From Candidatus Saccharimonadota bacterium (GTDB lineage: Bacteria > Patescibacteriota > Saccharimonadia > Saccharimonadales > AWTP1-31): a stretch of DNA of 64,000 nt. The stretch spans positions 68,024 to 132,023 of the forward strand of contig JAPLYT010000003.1 in the NCBI GenBank assembly GCA_026395435.1, in the 5' to 3' direction. Below the pieces are notes generated by a model. The model did not search any database. It saw only the letters and a list, made by a program, of their open reading frames with translations, and was not told the origin of the DNA. The position numbers were made by a program, and so were the translations under genes. This document shows, piece after piece, positions 9,074-19,548 of the stretch. Position 1 is the first letter of the stretch. Each line of letters starts with the position of its first letter.

Positions 9074-10809
9074 TGGTAGATGCAAATAATTATTTAAAGA
9101 AAGTCACGCTCTTTATTTCAATTATCCTAGTGAGTTTTATTGGTTACAATATTGCATTTAACCATAGGGTATCGGCACTTTCTGGAAGTGATTTTAATGC
9201 AGGTAGAATAATCGATGATACTGTCATGTTCGACGGCAACGCTATGAATGCTACCGAAGTTCAACAGTTCCTTAATGCCAAAGTACCAACCTGCGACGAC
9301 AATGGTACACAGGCGTCAAGTCACTGGAATGACGGCGCAGGACGCTTTTACACCCGCGCTGAATGGGGCTCGATAAGTGGATATCCTGCGCCCTATACCT
9401 GCCTCAAGAATTTTAGCGAAAACACCGTCTCAAAAGCCGCTGATGCCTATTGCTCAGGTAACTACACCGGTGGCGTTAAGACAGCAGCTCAAATAATCAA
9501 TGATGTAGCCCGTGCGTGTAATGTCAGTCAAAAGTCTTTAATCGTACTCCTTCAAAAAGAACAGGGCCTCATTACCGACGATTGGCCTTGGAGCATCCAA
9601 TATAGAGCTGCAACCGGATATGGATGTCCTGATACTGCTGCTTGCGATTCGACGTACTATGGTTTCTTCAACCAAGTATACAATGCTGCACGACAATTTC
9701 AGCGATACGTAAAACAGCCCGACTTATTCAACTACAAAAGTGGCGTTACAAGATACATCCAATATAATCCAGATGCAGGTTGTGGCGGTACAAATATTTA
9801 CCTAGAGAATGGTGCAACAGCTGCGCTCTATAATTACACGCCCTACCAGCCAAATGCATCTGCGCTTAATAATTTGTACGGTTCAGGTGATGGTTGTGGT
9901 GCGTATGGAAATCGCAATTTCTGGAGAATGTTCAATGACTGGTTTGGAAGTACAAACTCTCCTACGTTTGGATGGCAATTAATAAATCAGTACGCCTACG
10001 CTGATGAAACAAAAGCTGTTGGTAAGGGTACCAATAACCTACTTCCTGGCGAAAAAGTATATGTCGGATTCCAAGCAAGAAATACCGGATCAACTGTATG
10101 GAACAGAAGCGGAAATGACACCGTAAAAGTTGGGACAACTAATCCGAATGATCGAGTAAGCCCATTTTGCGATCCAAGTTGGGGGTATGGATGCGGTCGT
10201 CCTGCCGCGTTGAAAGAAACGTCCGTGGCACCGGGTCAAATTGGTACCTTCGAATTCTGGATGAAAGCACCTGCTAATGCAGGTAACTACAGTGAGCGAT
10301 TTAATCTTGTCATTGATGGTAAAGCATGGTTCCCTGACGGTGGATTAACATTCAGTAGTTCCGTCATAACTGCACAGTATAATTGGACGTTTGCTGGTCA
10401 ATACGCATACTCAGACGAGACTAAAACTGCCGGTAAGGGTACGACCAATCTATTGCCTGGCGAAAAAGTATATGTCGGATTCCAAGCAAGAAATACCGGA
10501 AATGTCACATGGAGTAATACTGGCCCAAATCCAGTAAACTGGAGTAATACTGGCCCAAATCCAGTAAACGTGGGTATGGTTCGTCCACTCGATAGAGCGA
10601 GCCCTGCGTATGATTCAACGTGGCTCGGTACTAATCGACCAGCAAAATTGAAAGAAGCGTCCGTGGCACCGGGTCAAATTGGTACCTTCGAATTCTGGGT
10701 CAAAGCACCTGCTAATCCGGGTAACTACCTGGAATACTTCACTCTTGTGTCTGAAGGTAAGTCTTGGTTTAACGACCCTGGTATGAATTTCTCAATGTCA
10801 GTTCGGTAG
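9073..10809 (+). CDS. Secreted protein: lysozyme-like putative cell-wall hydrolase domain plus two Ig-like (NBR1-like) repeats
   Basis: Signal/TM segment; LLQKEQGL, GYGCPD, YYGFFNQV, ATAALYNYTP; two repeats of ...ARNTG..W...VAPGQIGTFEFW.KAP..G.Y. Confidence 0.75.
   Translation: MVDANNYLKKVTLFISIILVSFIGYNIAFNHRVSALSGSDFNAGRIIDDTVMFDGNAMNATEVQQFLNAKVPTCDDNGTQASSHWNDGAGRFYTRAEWGSISGYPAPYTCLKNFSENTVSKAADAYCSGNYTGGVKTAAQIINDVARACNVSQKSLIVLLQKEQGLITDDWPWSIQYRAATGYGCPDTAACDSTYYGFFNQVYNAARQFQRYVKQPDLFNYKSGVTRYIQYNPDAGCGGTNIYLENGATAALYNYTPYQPNASALNNLYGSGDGCGAYGNRNFWRMFNDWFGSTNSPTFGWQLINQYAYADETKAVGKGTNNLLPGEKVYVGFQARNTGSTVWNRSGNDTVKVGTTNPNDRVSPFCDPSWGYGCGRPAALKETSVAPGQIGTFEFWMKAPANAGNYSERFNLVIDGKAWFPDGGLTFSSSVITAQYNWTFAGQYAYSDETKTAGKGTTNLLPGEKVYVGFQARNTGNVTWSNTGPNPVNWSNTGPNPVNVGMVRPLDRASPAYDSTWLGTNRPAKLKEASVAPGQIGTFEFWVKAPANPGNYLEYFTLVSEGKSWFNDPGMNFSMSVR
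10510..10569 (+). repeat. Perfect in-frame 30-bp tandem duplication
   Basis: TGGAGTAATACTGGCCCAAATCCAGTAAAC x2 (WSNTGPNPVN x2). Confidence 0.97.
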
Positions 10810-10817
10810 ATCTGCGG

Positions 10818-12092
10818 CTAAACCGACTCCGTAAATTCACGTAAATCATTAAATGAATCTTCCCACTTAGTCTTTGAATATTGACTAATAGCTTTCTCTT
10901 TTTTACGTAATGCGTCAGTATTTTCGCTGTACATTACAATTTTCTCCATACAATCACGAGCGTCAAAAGGGTTAAAATAATCAGCTGAATGGCCTGCAAC
11001 TTCTGGCATCGATGAAACATTGCTTGTTAAACAAAGCTTTCCTTTGCCTATGGAATCCGAAATCGTCAAGCCCCAACCCTCGCAAATAGATGGATAGACA
11101 GTAAAGAGACAATTATCATAGAGCCAACTTAATTCATCATCAGATACATTCTGAAGTAAGGTTATTGTCTGTTTGAGTTCCCTGTCTATAGAGATTACAT
11201 CATAGAAATCGTTGGCCAACCACCCTTTTCGGCCGACTATAACAAGGTCTGGTAGCGTGATTCCTTGTGATCTTGCTAGTTTATATGCGTTATATAGCAG
11301 TACGTGATTCTTCCGAACTTCAATGGTGCCAACTGATAGAATATATGGTTTTTTGGATGTAAAATCTGATGGTCGTCGAACTGTTTTGTCCTCATAAGAA
11401 TCTTCTCCGAGACGGACCACCTTCTTTTTCTTTGTAAGCGGGATCTTCTCTTCGAGTGCATATGACTCAACTTCATGAAGCGTGGCTTTTGAAACAGAAA
11501 TCAGACCATCACAAAGTGGCAGCATGGTATTCATATAATTAGTAAACCTTTGGCAGAGCGCTGTATCAAAAAGATGAGGCTGTGTGAGAGGTAATACATC
11601 ATGCACGAGATGGATAAGCTTTATTGATTGTAATCGTTTAATATCTGAAATGCTTTGTGAAAACCCCTCACTCTCCCATCCGGCTCCCATAATGATGACT
11701 GTATCACCGTTATTGAATATTGAGGGATTTTCGTATTTTTGTACGTACAAAGATTGTAATTGATGTAATCCAAGTCCAAGTATATGTTGAACGCGACGCA
11801 ATAATGGTGATATATAACCTCTTATGAAACGCGGAACAAGTTTTGTGTATATTCTCTTAAGAAAAAATCTGAATTTTTTCCCGTCATCTTCTGTCTCTAT
11901 CGTCTCAGGCAATAAGCTATAAACTTGTACATACTTGTGTTCTGAGGATTCGTATATGAACAGTTTTGCACCTTGCTGCTGATAATACTTGGCATACATA
12001 TATACGACCCGCTGTATGCCGCTAAAATGTCCTTTCCAGGCATAGAGATCACTCAGATCTATCCACGTGTCTTGTGTTAGCATTAACGACAA
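10818..12092 (-). CDS. GT4 glycosyltransferase (mannosyl/rhamnosyltransferase-like)
   Basis: SGIQRVV, VGTIEVRKNH, YPSICEGWGL, SSMPEV. Confidence 0.9.
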   Translation of the reverse strand: MSLMLTQDTWIDLSDLYAWKGHFSGIQRVVYMYAKYYQQQGAKLFIYESSEHKYVQVYSLLPETIETEDDGKKFRFFLKRIYTKLVPRFIRGYISPLLRRVQHILGLGLHQLQSLYVQKYENPSIFNNGDTVIIMGAGWESEGFSQSISDIKRLQSIKLIHLVHDVLPLTQPHLFDTALCQRFTNYMNTMLPLCDGLISVSKATLHEVESYALEEKIPLTKKKKVVRLGEDSYEDKTVRRPSDFTSKKPYILSVGTIEVRKNHVLLYNAYKLARSQGITLPDLVIVGRKGWLANDFYDVISIDRELKQTITLLQNVSDDELSWLYDNCLFTVYPSICEGWGLTISDSIGKGKLCLTSNVSSMPEVAGHSADYFNPFDARDCMEKIVMYSENTDALRKKEKAISQYSKTKWEDSFNDLREFTESV

Positions 12093-14248
12093 CCTAAGTT
12101 GTTAATTCTCATGTTATGACCCATCGAGTTCTTGACTATAAAATTGGTGTCGTTTTTTGCTTCAAAGGTGACATCTCGGTAATCACCATTCACTCGGGAT
12201 GTCCACACTACAACGCCTTTGCCGGTAACAATACTAACTGTATCGCTATCTTTTTCATCTGCCATTTTAATCTGGAAACAAGCCGTGCTTCCATTTAACG
12301 GCTTTGCGGTTAGTACTGGTCCGACTTTAAATTCAGCACCCTGTTGGACCTCATACTCGAGTTCGAGAGGAGATTTCATAATTAACTTGTTGATAGGAAA
12401 CCCTTTTTCTAAGAACACTACGCTCGTGGATTTTGGACCTGGTTTAATTTTGGCTACCGCCAAGAAACCTCCCGTAAATTTATCGCTGAAAGCTTCAAAA
12501 TGGACGAGTTCAAGACCAGGAATAGCCCGGATCTTTGACTCACTAACGCTATGGATGATGACTGCATCAATGCCGAGTGTTCTAAGAGCTGGAATTGTTT
12601 GAGGATCAGTCAAATCCTTTAGAGAAAAGCGAAGATCCTCATTGGAACTGTTTGGTAATGCGCTGTTTAATATTTTTTTATTATGAATTGTCTGTGCAGT
12701 TAAGTAGTACGACGCTGCTTCACTTTCACCAACTTTATCGAGCGGGTAATCGGCTATCGCTTTGATAGAGTCTTGATTCTTAAGCCATACATACGTTTGA
12801 GGGCTATTTTTTCTATAATCGAATGTTGCCACTGATCCAGAAAACGGACGTGTAACCTGATACTGAATTGCTATCGATGCAAAGAGCACTATATACAGAA
12901 TGCGTATTAATGTTGACCGTCGACGTGTCTTTAAGAGATCAGTAAAGTACAGCAATACGATACTGAAGAGAGCAACAACAGCAATTTGAACCACCAAAAA
13001 TTCACGAGCGAGTATACGCCAGGTCTTGATGTGGCTTAATAGAATATATGTTGGTGTTTTTACATTTCCAAGACTAGGAGGGAGCGCCATAATCGAGGCG
13101 AATATCAACACGGCAATAAATATATATATCATGAACTGCGCATCAGGAACTGATTTTGTTTTGAAGTTTTTTCTACCCATTGCTGTTTCCCATAGAAGTA
13201 TCGTCAGCCCAAAAATCGTTATAGCTAGCACTGAAAGACTTATCGAAACGTTGTCTTCACTGGGATTACAGCCATGCCGTAATTTTAAAATTTCCTCGCT
13301 GTAGCGTGGCCCTATAGCTTTTCCAGCAAAATAATTTGCGTCGGGCGGTATTACGTAATCTGTCGGTAAGTTACTGCAATGATTTGCATCAATCATTACA
13401 TCACCTCTTGAGCCAGAGACGAATGAATCAATTGAATCTTTATATGCAAGCCTAACTCCAAGCAACGGAGTTAACATGATAATCACACCTATAAGTCCAA
13501 TAAAAACTGGTTTAAGTCTATTCCAGATGTGAGTAAAGTTTAGGCCTTTAGATATTTTTATCTCGCGCACCAGCACGACAAGTCCTACCGGGAATAATGC
13601 CGAGAAAGCTAATAATGAAAAATACGGATCCCAATAAAAACAAACTCCCGTACTCAAAACAAAACCAACAATATTACGTTTACTTGCGCCCTCGGTATAC
13701 AGCTTCAGGAGGAATAGTATACCTAGTGTCAAAAAACCCTGAAAACCATAACTCGGGTGTCCGCCAACCTTAAACTGGAAATATGGACTAAATGAGGCAA
13801 CGTATCCTGCGAGAAGTGCTATCCATTTATTTTTAGTTAGCCACATTATTAAACAAAACATAGCCATTGCGGAAAAAACAAAACCGAGCGCATTCACTAA
13901 ATTATATCCGCATACAGAGCCTGCAATCTTTTGCATTGTCCATATAGTTCCAGATTGAACGATAAGACTGTATCCAACTGGACTACTAATATTCTCGCCA
14001 AAAGGAAAGTTGGTATTTGTGATAAACCCGCCTATTGGATTATTCGGCGAAACTGTGTCGCGCCAAATTGGACCAGCAGTATTATCTCCGAATCCGTAGG
14101 TAACATTCTGACAGTTCGAGATACTTGGACCCATATAGAGTATGGTAAAAAATACGTACGTTAGAATAGTAAAAACCAAAAACCATCGCCTTGATGTTCG
14201 TACTTGATTTAAAATTCCAACAAATCTATTTTTATTAATTCGATTCAC
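12083..14248 (-). CDS. Polytopic membrane protein, probable GT-C (YfhO-like) glycosyltransferase
   Basis: Many TM helices, GD in the first external loop, soluble C-terminal domain, glycan-cluster context. Confidence 0.6.
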   Translation of the reverse strand: MNRINKNRFVGILNQVRTSRRWFLVFTILTYVFFTILYMGPSISNCQNVTYGFGDNTAGPIWRDTVSPNNPIGGFITNTNFPFGENISSPVGYSLIVQSGTIWTMQKIAGSVCGYNLVNALGFVFSAMAMFCLIMWLTKNKWIALLAGYVASFSPYFQFKVGGHPSYGFQGFLTLGILFLLKLYTEGASKRNIVGFVLSTGVCFYWDPYFSLLAFSALFPVGLVVLVREIKISKGLNFTHIWNRLKPVFIGLIGVIIMLTPLLGVRLAYKDSIDSFVSGSRGDVMIDANHCSNLPTDYVIPPDANYFAGKAIGPRYSEEILKLRHGCNPSEDNVSISLSVLAITIFGLTILLWETAMGRKNFKTKSVPDAQFMIYIFIAVLIFASIMALPPSLGNVKTPTYILLSHIKTWRILAREFLVVQIAVVALFSIVLLYFTDLLKTRRRSTLIRILYIVLFASIAIQYQVTRPFSGSVATFDYRKNSPQTYVWLKNQDSIKAIADYPLDKVGESEAASYYLTAQTIHNKKILNSALPNSSNEDLRFSLKDLTDPQTIPALRTLGIDAVIIHSVSESKIRAIPGLELVHFEAFSDKFTGGFLAVAKIKPGPKSTSVVFLEKGFPINKLIMKSPLELEYEVQQGAEFKVGPVLTAKPLNGSTACFQIKMADEKDSDTVSIVTGKGVVVWTSRVNGDYRDVTFEAKNDTNFIVKNSMGHNMRINNLGCR

Positions 14249-14310
14249 ATGTTGCTCCAGAAGTTTTCCTCCTTTATTGTAGCAGTTTTGGGTACGTAAG
14301 CGGTTTTAAA

Positions 14311-15360
14311 TTATGACAAAACTTTTTGCTTCAATGTTCGAAAGGACGCTCTCCAAATACCCGTGCCGTAATAGAGTCCAAAAATTGGAGAAAGAACAAA
14401 AAGGCTCAATCCGTCTTTTAGAGGAACGCCGGTAAGCAATATGGCCACTAGCTCGATCGCCCAACAGACTACTCCCAATACAAGAACCATTGGCAGTAAA
14501 CTTACATTAAACGCTATGTATACCGGCACCAAAACCGATAACACGAGAAATGCTATGAGCGGGTAAAAGAACCGATTGCCGTCATTCCGCAAGAAACCAT
14601 CAACAAAAACCTGCCCTCTGTGATGAACATGCTTAACGTACTGCTTCATCGATGACCGTGCATGATACATGCACCAGAAATCAGGACTAATATTAATGCT
14701 GCTACTCTCTGCAATATGTCGGATAAGTAGCGTGTCATCATTGGAAGTCTTTAGGTCATAGGTATTCTTTTCAAACCATTCATTGGCTTCAGCAAGAATT
14801 GATTTCTTTATGAAAAAACATGTTGTACCTTTGGGATAATCATCAAATTCCTCAATACCATATGATATATCTCTTGGATTTTTAAAATATTTTCTCCAAG
14901 CGATAAAAGCTATCGCATCCCAGAATTTTGCATAGATATTACCTTTGGAATCTACGCGCACATGACTGCACCAAACGTTTCGGGTCGAGTCTTGCTGATG
15001 CTTCTTGAGCAGGTATGACAAAGATTCTTCTCCGATATAGACTCGAGTATCAACAAATAATAGATTAGGGTATGTTGCCTCGTTTGTCCCGGTACGCCTT
15101 GCAACAAATCGTCCGCCATTTGCTTGCGTTACGAGTCGTACTGCAAATGTCGACGTTTTGATAATTTTCTTAACAACCTTTACCGTATCATCGGTAGACC
15201 CATCATTGATAACCACAATTTCGCATTTCGTTATTCCCGCAAACTTGAGTGCTTGCGAGATCTTAGATATCGTCTCTTCTAACCACGACGATCCATTGTA
15301 CGTCGGGACAACAACCGACAATCCTTCTGATTGAATTTCGCTTTTCTTGGATGCTTTCAT
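14311..15360 (-). CDS. GT2 glycosyltransferase with C-terminal TM helices
   Basis: VVVPTYNG, INDGSTDDT, NGGRFVARRTG. Confidence 0.88.
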   Translation of the reverse strand: MKASKKSEIQSEGLSVVVPTYNGSSWLEETISKISQALKFAGITKCEIVVINDGSTDDTVKVVKKIIKTSTFAVRLVTQANGGRFVARRTGTNEATYPNLLFVDTRVYIGEESLSYLLKKHQQDSTRNVWCSHVRVDSKGNIYAKFWDAIAFIAWRKYFKNPRDISYGIEEFDDYPKGTTCFFIKKSILAEANEWFEKNTYDLKTSNDDTLLIRHIAESSSINISPDFWCMYHARSSMKQYVKHVHHRGQVFVDGFLRNDGNRFFYPLIAFLVLSVLVPVYIAFNVSLLPMVLVLGVVCWAIELVAILLTGVPLKDGLSLFVLSPIFGLYYGTGIWRASFRTLKQKVLS

Positions 15361-15391
15361 GTCTATAAGTACTATACCGTATGTTGCATGA

Positions 15392-16048
15392 TTACTTTGT
15401 AGCTACAATGAGGGTCGTGGAAACAAATCCCTTAATTTTGACGTACATTGGGATTCTCAGGTTCAACTTCTTGTGAACACGCCAGGCAAATGGAGCGAAT
15501 GACATCGCCTCGACGGTCACCTTCCTAAATCCTGCACGTCGGAAAAGACGAGCCCAGTTCTGAGGATGTAAAACTGAGATATGTGTTTCGTCACTAACAA
15601 TGTTCTTAGTGAAAGGATAGGGGGTTGATCCACAAAATACCCCTTTAGGCTTAAGCAGGCTCGCTACGGTATCAATAACGTCACCCGGAGCTTCGATATG
15701 TTCAAGAACCTCAAAAGCAACGATGAGATCAAACTTATCCTTCGTATTGAGATTTTCTATAGAATCATACTTAAAGACATCTGTTTTGAAATGCTTGTTT
15801 GTAAATGAAACGATTTTTGGATCTAGATCCAAACCAGTATATTTAAGTCCGGGAACGTCTTTAATTCGATCATAGAATCCACCAAAACCTGGACCAATCT
15901 CGAGGACTTTCATATTTTTCTTAATCACAATTTTTTTACTGATTATTCGCCATTGGGCATCAAACCATTTATTCCAACTGTCAATATCAGCTTCCGTAAA
16001 GTTGATCTTATAGTGATCCTTATAATAATTTTTATAATCAGTCTTCAT
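15392..16048 (-). CDS. Class I SAM-dependent methyltransferase
   Basis: VLEIGPGFG, FDLIVAFEVLEHI, LKPKG. Likely start MKTDY at 16048 after GGGAG. Confidence 0.88.
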   Translation of the reverse strand: MKTDYKNYYKDHYKINFTEADIDSWNKWFDAQWRIISKKIVIKKNMKVLEIGPGFGGFYDRIKDVPGLKYTGLDLDPKIVSFTNKHFKTDVFKYDSIENLNTKDKFDLIVAFEVLEHIEAPGDVIDTVASLLKPKGVFCGSTPYPFTKNIVSDETHISVLHPQNWARLFRRAGFRKVTVEAMSFAPFAWRVHKKLNLRIPMYVKIKGFVSTTLIVATK

Positions 16049-16150
16049 GGTATCTCCCCTTAATCTACAAATGTTACTCGTCACGATTATATCACTTTAC
16101 GAGGAATGATCATGCTGATATTAAAAGGTAATGTACGGTACTATATATAG

Positions 16151-17407
16151 GTGAAGAATAAACTCGATTATAGTGGCTTTTTTGCCCTTAGCATTTTTGC
16201 TTCAATGCTGAACTACCTGACATATCCTGTGCTCGCTCGAGTACTACCCTCGACGCAGTTTGTTAATGTCACCGTGGCACTGTCGCTTCTTACACAGATA
16301 TCGACATTCTTATCGTCGATCGTCGCCCTAACCATTGGTTATACCAAATTATCTAATAAGTCCGAGTCTGCAAAATCGATACAATCACTGCAAGAAATTG
16401 TAATGAGCATGTTTACTGTGCTGATCATCATCTTTGTTATCGCCTCACCGTACCTCCTAAGTCGAATTGATATACCTTTGTTCTTCATACTACCTATTTG
16501 CTTGCTTCTACTCTTTTCGATACCTACATCAATAATATCCGGGTATTTAAATGGGAGTAATAAACTTACCAAACTAGGCGTTGTGGCGGTCATGACCGCC
16601 AGTTTCCAGTTTATTTTTAGTGTTACTGTTGGCGTTCTTACGAAAAATGGAGGACTCGCCCTTCTCGCGATGGCATTTGGTCAGCTGGTATCTATTGTGG
16701 CGATTATTCTTGCGCTTAGTAACGACAAATTGCCCTCAATCATTGTCCTGCCGAATAGGAGTCTTTTCAGAAGTCAGGACGCTACTACGAGAAAGCGGAT
16801 CTACTTCATTGTCCTAGCATCAATTGGCATCATGGTAGTAAATTTACTGCAAGTCGTGGACCTTCTGGTCATAAAAAGTCGTGGCGTTGATGTGGTAGCC
16901 TACACTGACCTCTACATTGTCAGTCGCGTCGTGTTCTTTGCTGGTTCGATATTTATTTGGCCGTTTTTGGCATCTATACAATTACAAAACCTCTCGAAAA
17001 ATGCCATCCCTTTCCTTCGAATATTCACGATCCATGCGATCATTTCATGTGGTGCAATCGTTGCGATGCGCATCTTTGGAAATGAAATCTTGAATATACT
17101 TATTGGACGAACGTATAGCCAACAACTCGTGACAAGTCTAGGTGCGCTCAGTATTGGCTATAAGTTTAGCTTCCTCGTCATCACTTCCCTGGTTCTCTAC
17201 TTCATCGTCATTAACCATCGTGCAGCATATATCGTTCCGGGTTTAATGGCAGTTGCTATCGCCGTCTTTGTGCAACAACTAGACAGTTCTGATTCCGTTA
17301 GCTATATTCTGCAAGGCCTTAATGTAATTGGCCTGGTTGGAGTCATCGTGAGTATTGGCTTTTTTCTTACTCCACATCTTCAGAGATACGCGAAACAACG
17401 TCGGTAA
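16151..17407 (+). CDS. Wzx-like oligosaccharide flippase
   Basis: About 12 TM helices; LNYLTYPVLARVL N-terminus; DLLVIK motif. Confidence 0.72.
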   Translation: MKNKLDYSGFFALSIFASMLNYLTYPVLARVLPSTQFVNVTVALSLLTQISTFLSSIVALTIGYTKLSNKSESAKSIQSLQEIVMSMFTVLIIIFVIASPYLLSRIDIPLFFILPICLLLLFSIPTSIISGYLNGSNKLTKLGVVAVMTASFQFIFSVTVGVLTKNGGLALLAMAFGQLVSIVAIILALSNDKLPSIIVLPNRSLFRSQDATTRKRIYFIVLASIGIMVVNLLQVVDLLVIKSRGVDVVAYTDLYIVSRVVFFAGSIFIWPFLASIQLQNLSKNAIPFLRIFTIHAIISCGAIVAMRIFGNEILNILIGRTYSQQLVTSLGALSIGYKFSFLVITSLVLYFIVINHRAAYIVPGLMAVAIAVFVQQLDSSDSVSYILQGLNVIGLVGVIVSIGFFLTPHLQRYAKQRR

Positions 17408-18503
17408 CTACTGCCGCGTAATCATATTGTTCGATGAATTTTTTTTGGCCTTTCACGGGCGCATGATCATATGATGTAAGCACCGCTTTTGAAAAAGCTG
17501 CCTTATCTCCAATCGGCACATACGTCGGATAGTCTCCGAAAATATTTTGATAATGATCAAGTTCGTAGCAGACAGATTTGCATTCGGCATACAGACCTTC
17601 GGCAAGTGCAATCCCCCACCCCTCTTCATAGCTTGGAAACAGAAAGAATGTTGCTTCTGCAAGCTTTTGATATTTAATCGTATTGTCTACAAAACCCAAT
17701 ATGGTTATGGCTTTCATTCCCGCCAATTGCATCTTTTCTTCAAGCAGGTGCCTATGAGGGCCATCACCAATAATTTCAAGCCTGAATTCTGGTTGTTTTT
17801 TCAAAATATCAGCGACGATGTCTACGAGATCAAGCACTCCCTTTTGACTTGTAAGTCGACCGATAAACAATCCAAGGTTGGGATTCTTTTTTACCCCTTT
17901 GCCAGGGAAAGCTGAGGTGTCGATCCCGGCGTGTGCAATGATCAACTTCTTTCCTGGCATCAGCTTTTCGACGGCAGCCTTAACTTCTGAGTTCCCTACA
18001 AGCACCGAATCGAAGTGTTTTTTTATAATGGACAGTGCGATTTTTTGCTCCAGTTTTGCGAGCGCAAATCGAATCTTCATAGAAAGACTTTTTGCCGATC
18101 TATCGGGTATGAGGTGAAATAAAATTACCGCTCGATGAGCGTGCTTCATCCGCAGAGCCGGCAAAAGATCACAAATGAATGGTGATGATGCTAGTACGAA
18201 TGCGTAGTTGTTATCTTTTTCTTGTAGCTTACCGACGAAAAAGAATGATGAAATACCTCTTTTTAGATACGTCAAAACGATGCCTATATTTGAGGTTGGT
18301 TCGCTTGACCCGGTGTTTAACACAGTTTGAGTATTCTTACTTTCAATAAGATTTTTGGAGTGATTGGACTGAATGACGTCAAAACTGTCTTTCGAATGCT
18401 CAACAACTTGCTTTATGTAGATATCTCCACCACTTACTTGCTTTGAAGTCATTCCATTCCACAAGAGGAGTATTTTTCTCTGTTTGGCTATATTTTTCAT
18501 CAT
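17367..18503 (-). CDS. GT4 glycosyltransferase
   Basis: SGGD, IGRLTSQKG, PSYEEGWGIALAE. Confidence 0.9.
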   Translation of the reverse strand: MMKNIAKQRKILLLWNGMTSKQVSGGDIYIKQVVEHSKDSFDVIQSNHSKNLIESKNTQTVLNTGSSEPTSNIGIVLTYLKRGISSFFFVGKLQEKDNNYAFVLASSPFICDLLPALRMKHAHRAVILFHLIPDRSAKSLSMKIRFALAKLEQKIALSIIKKHFDSVLVGNSEVKAAVEKLMPGKKLIIAHAGIDTSAFPGKGVKKNPNLGLFIGRLTSQKGVLDLVDIVADILKKQPEFRLEIIGDGPHRHLLEEKMQLAGMKAITILGFVDNTIKYQKLAEATFFLFPSYEEGWGIALAEGLYAECKSVCYELDHYQNIFGDYPTYVPIGDKAAFSKAVLTSYDHAPVKGQKKFIEQYDYAAVVTDVVSRISEDVE

Positions 18504-18591
18504 GACTCCTGTTTACTTTGATTCGTTCGTGCTTATTAGGCTGAATGTTCTTTTGCAGTATATAATAATAGTCCTGGAGACTATAGACACA

Positions 18592-19548
18592 ATGACTAAA
18601 AATTCTATCAACAGCCAACGTATAAGCCTCGTAATACCGATATTTAATGAACAAGACAATATTATCTGGCATTTCAATGAGATTAACGATTTTTTTGAAT
18701 CTCGCTCCATCACATACGAAATTATTTACGTCGATGACGGGAGCAGTGACAATTCACTTAATATTATAGAAGAGCTCCAGGTTGAACATCCAAAAATCGT
18801 TCATTTCATAACCCTATCTCGAAATTTCGGTAAGGAAGCGGCAACAACTGCTGGGCTTTCTGCAGTCACCGGCGATGCTGCAATAATTATGGACGGTGAT
18901 GGCCAGCACCCTATCGGTATCGTAGACGACTTCATGACCCTTTGGAAGTCAGGCAATGACGTTGTCGTGGGCATACGAACGAGCAATAAAAACGAAGGTG
19001 CCGTCAAAAAATACGGCTCGAAATTATTCTATGCAATTCTCAAATTTATTGGCGGTAAAGATGTTATTTCCGGAACAACCGACTTTAGACTCATCGATAA
19101 AAAGGTAGTCACCGAATTCAACAAACTTACTGAACGTAACCGCGTGACCAGAAATCTCCTTGATTGGCTCGGTTTTAAAAGAGCCGAAGTGCCCTTTGAA
19201 GCAGAAGAACGACATGCCGGTACAGCTGGATATTCATATCGAAAACTCTTCAAACTGGCACTTGATGGTATCGTCGCTCATTCCACGCGACCACTAAAAT
19301 TTATTGCGCTTCTTGGTTCGATGATCTCTACAATTTCTGCGATCGTAGGCGTAATGCTGGCAATTCAAAAATACATCCTTGGCGATCCACTCAGTCTTTC
19401 CGTGACAGGTAGTGCCCTCTTAGCACTCTTTGTAACTTTTCTCGTTGGCATCGTACTAGTCTGTCAGGGACTCCTCGCCCTCTATCTTGAGAGCGTCTAT
19501 TACGAAACACAAAATCGACCACTCTACGTCATAAGGAAACATCGATAA
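18592..19548 (+). CDS. GT2 GtrB-like bactoprenol glycosyltransferase
   Basis: VIPIFNE, VDDGSSD, LSRNFGKEAA, DGDGQHP, DFRLID, RPLYV. Start moved to MTKNS at 18592. Confidence 0.9.
   Translation: MTKNSINSQRISLVIPIFNEQDNIIWHFNEINDFFESRSITYEIIYVDDGSSDNSLNIIEELQVEHPKIVHFITLSRNFGKEAATTAGLSAVTGDAAIIMDGDGQHPIGIVDDFMTLWKSGNDVVVGIRTSNKNEGAVKKYGSKLFYAILKFIGGKDVISGTTDFRLIDKKVVTEFNKLTERNRVTRNLLDWLGFKRAEVPFEAEERHAGTAGYSYRKLFKLALDGIVAHSTRPLKFIALLGSMISTISAIVGVMLAIQKYILGDPLSLSVTGSALLALFVTFLVGIVLVCQGLLALYLESVYYETQNRPLYVIRKHR

Noticed and set aside
9985..10730. Diversity-generating retroelement TR/VR pair
   Set aside because: Both copies are in frame in one gene, differences are not adenine-specific, and no reverse transcriptase is in the window
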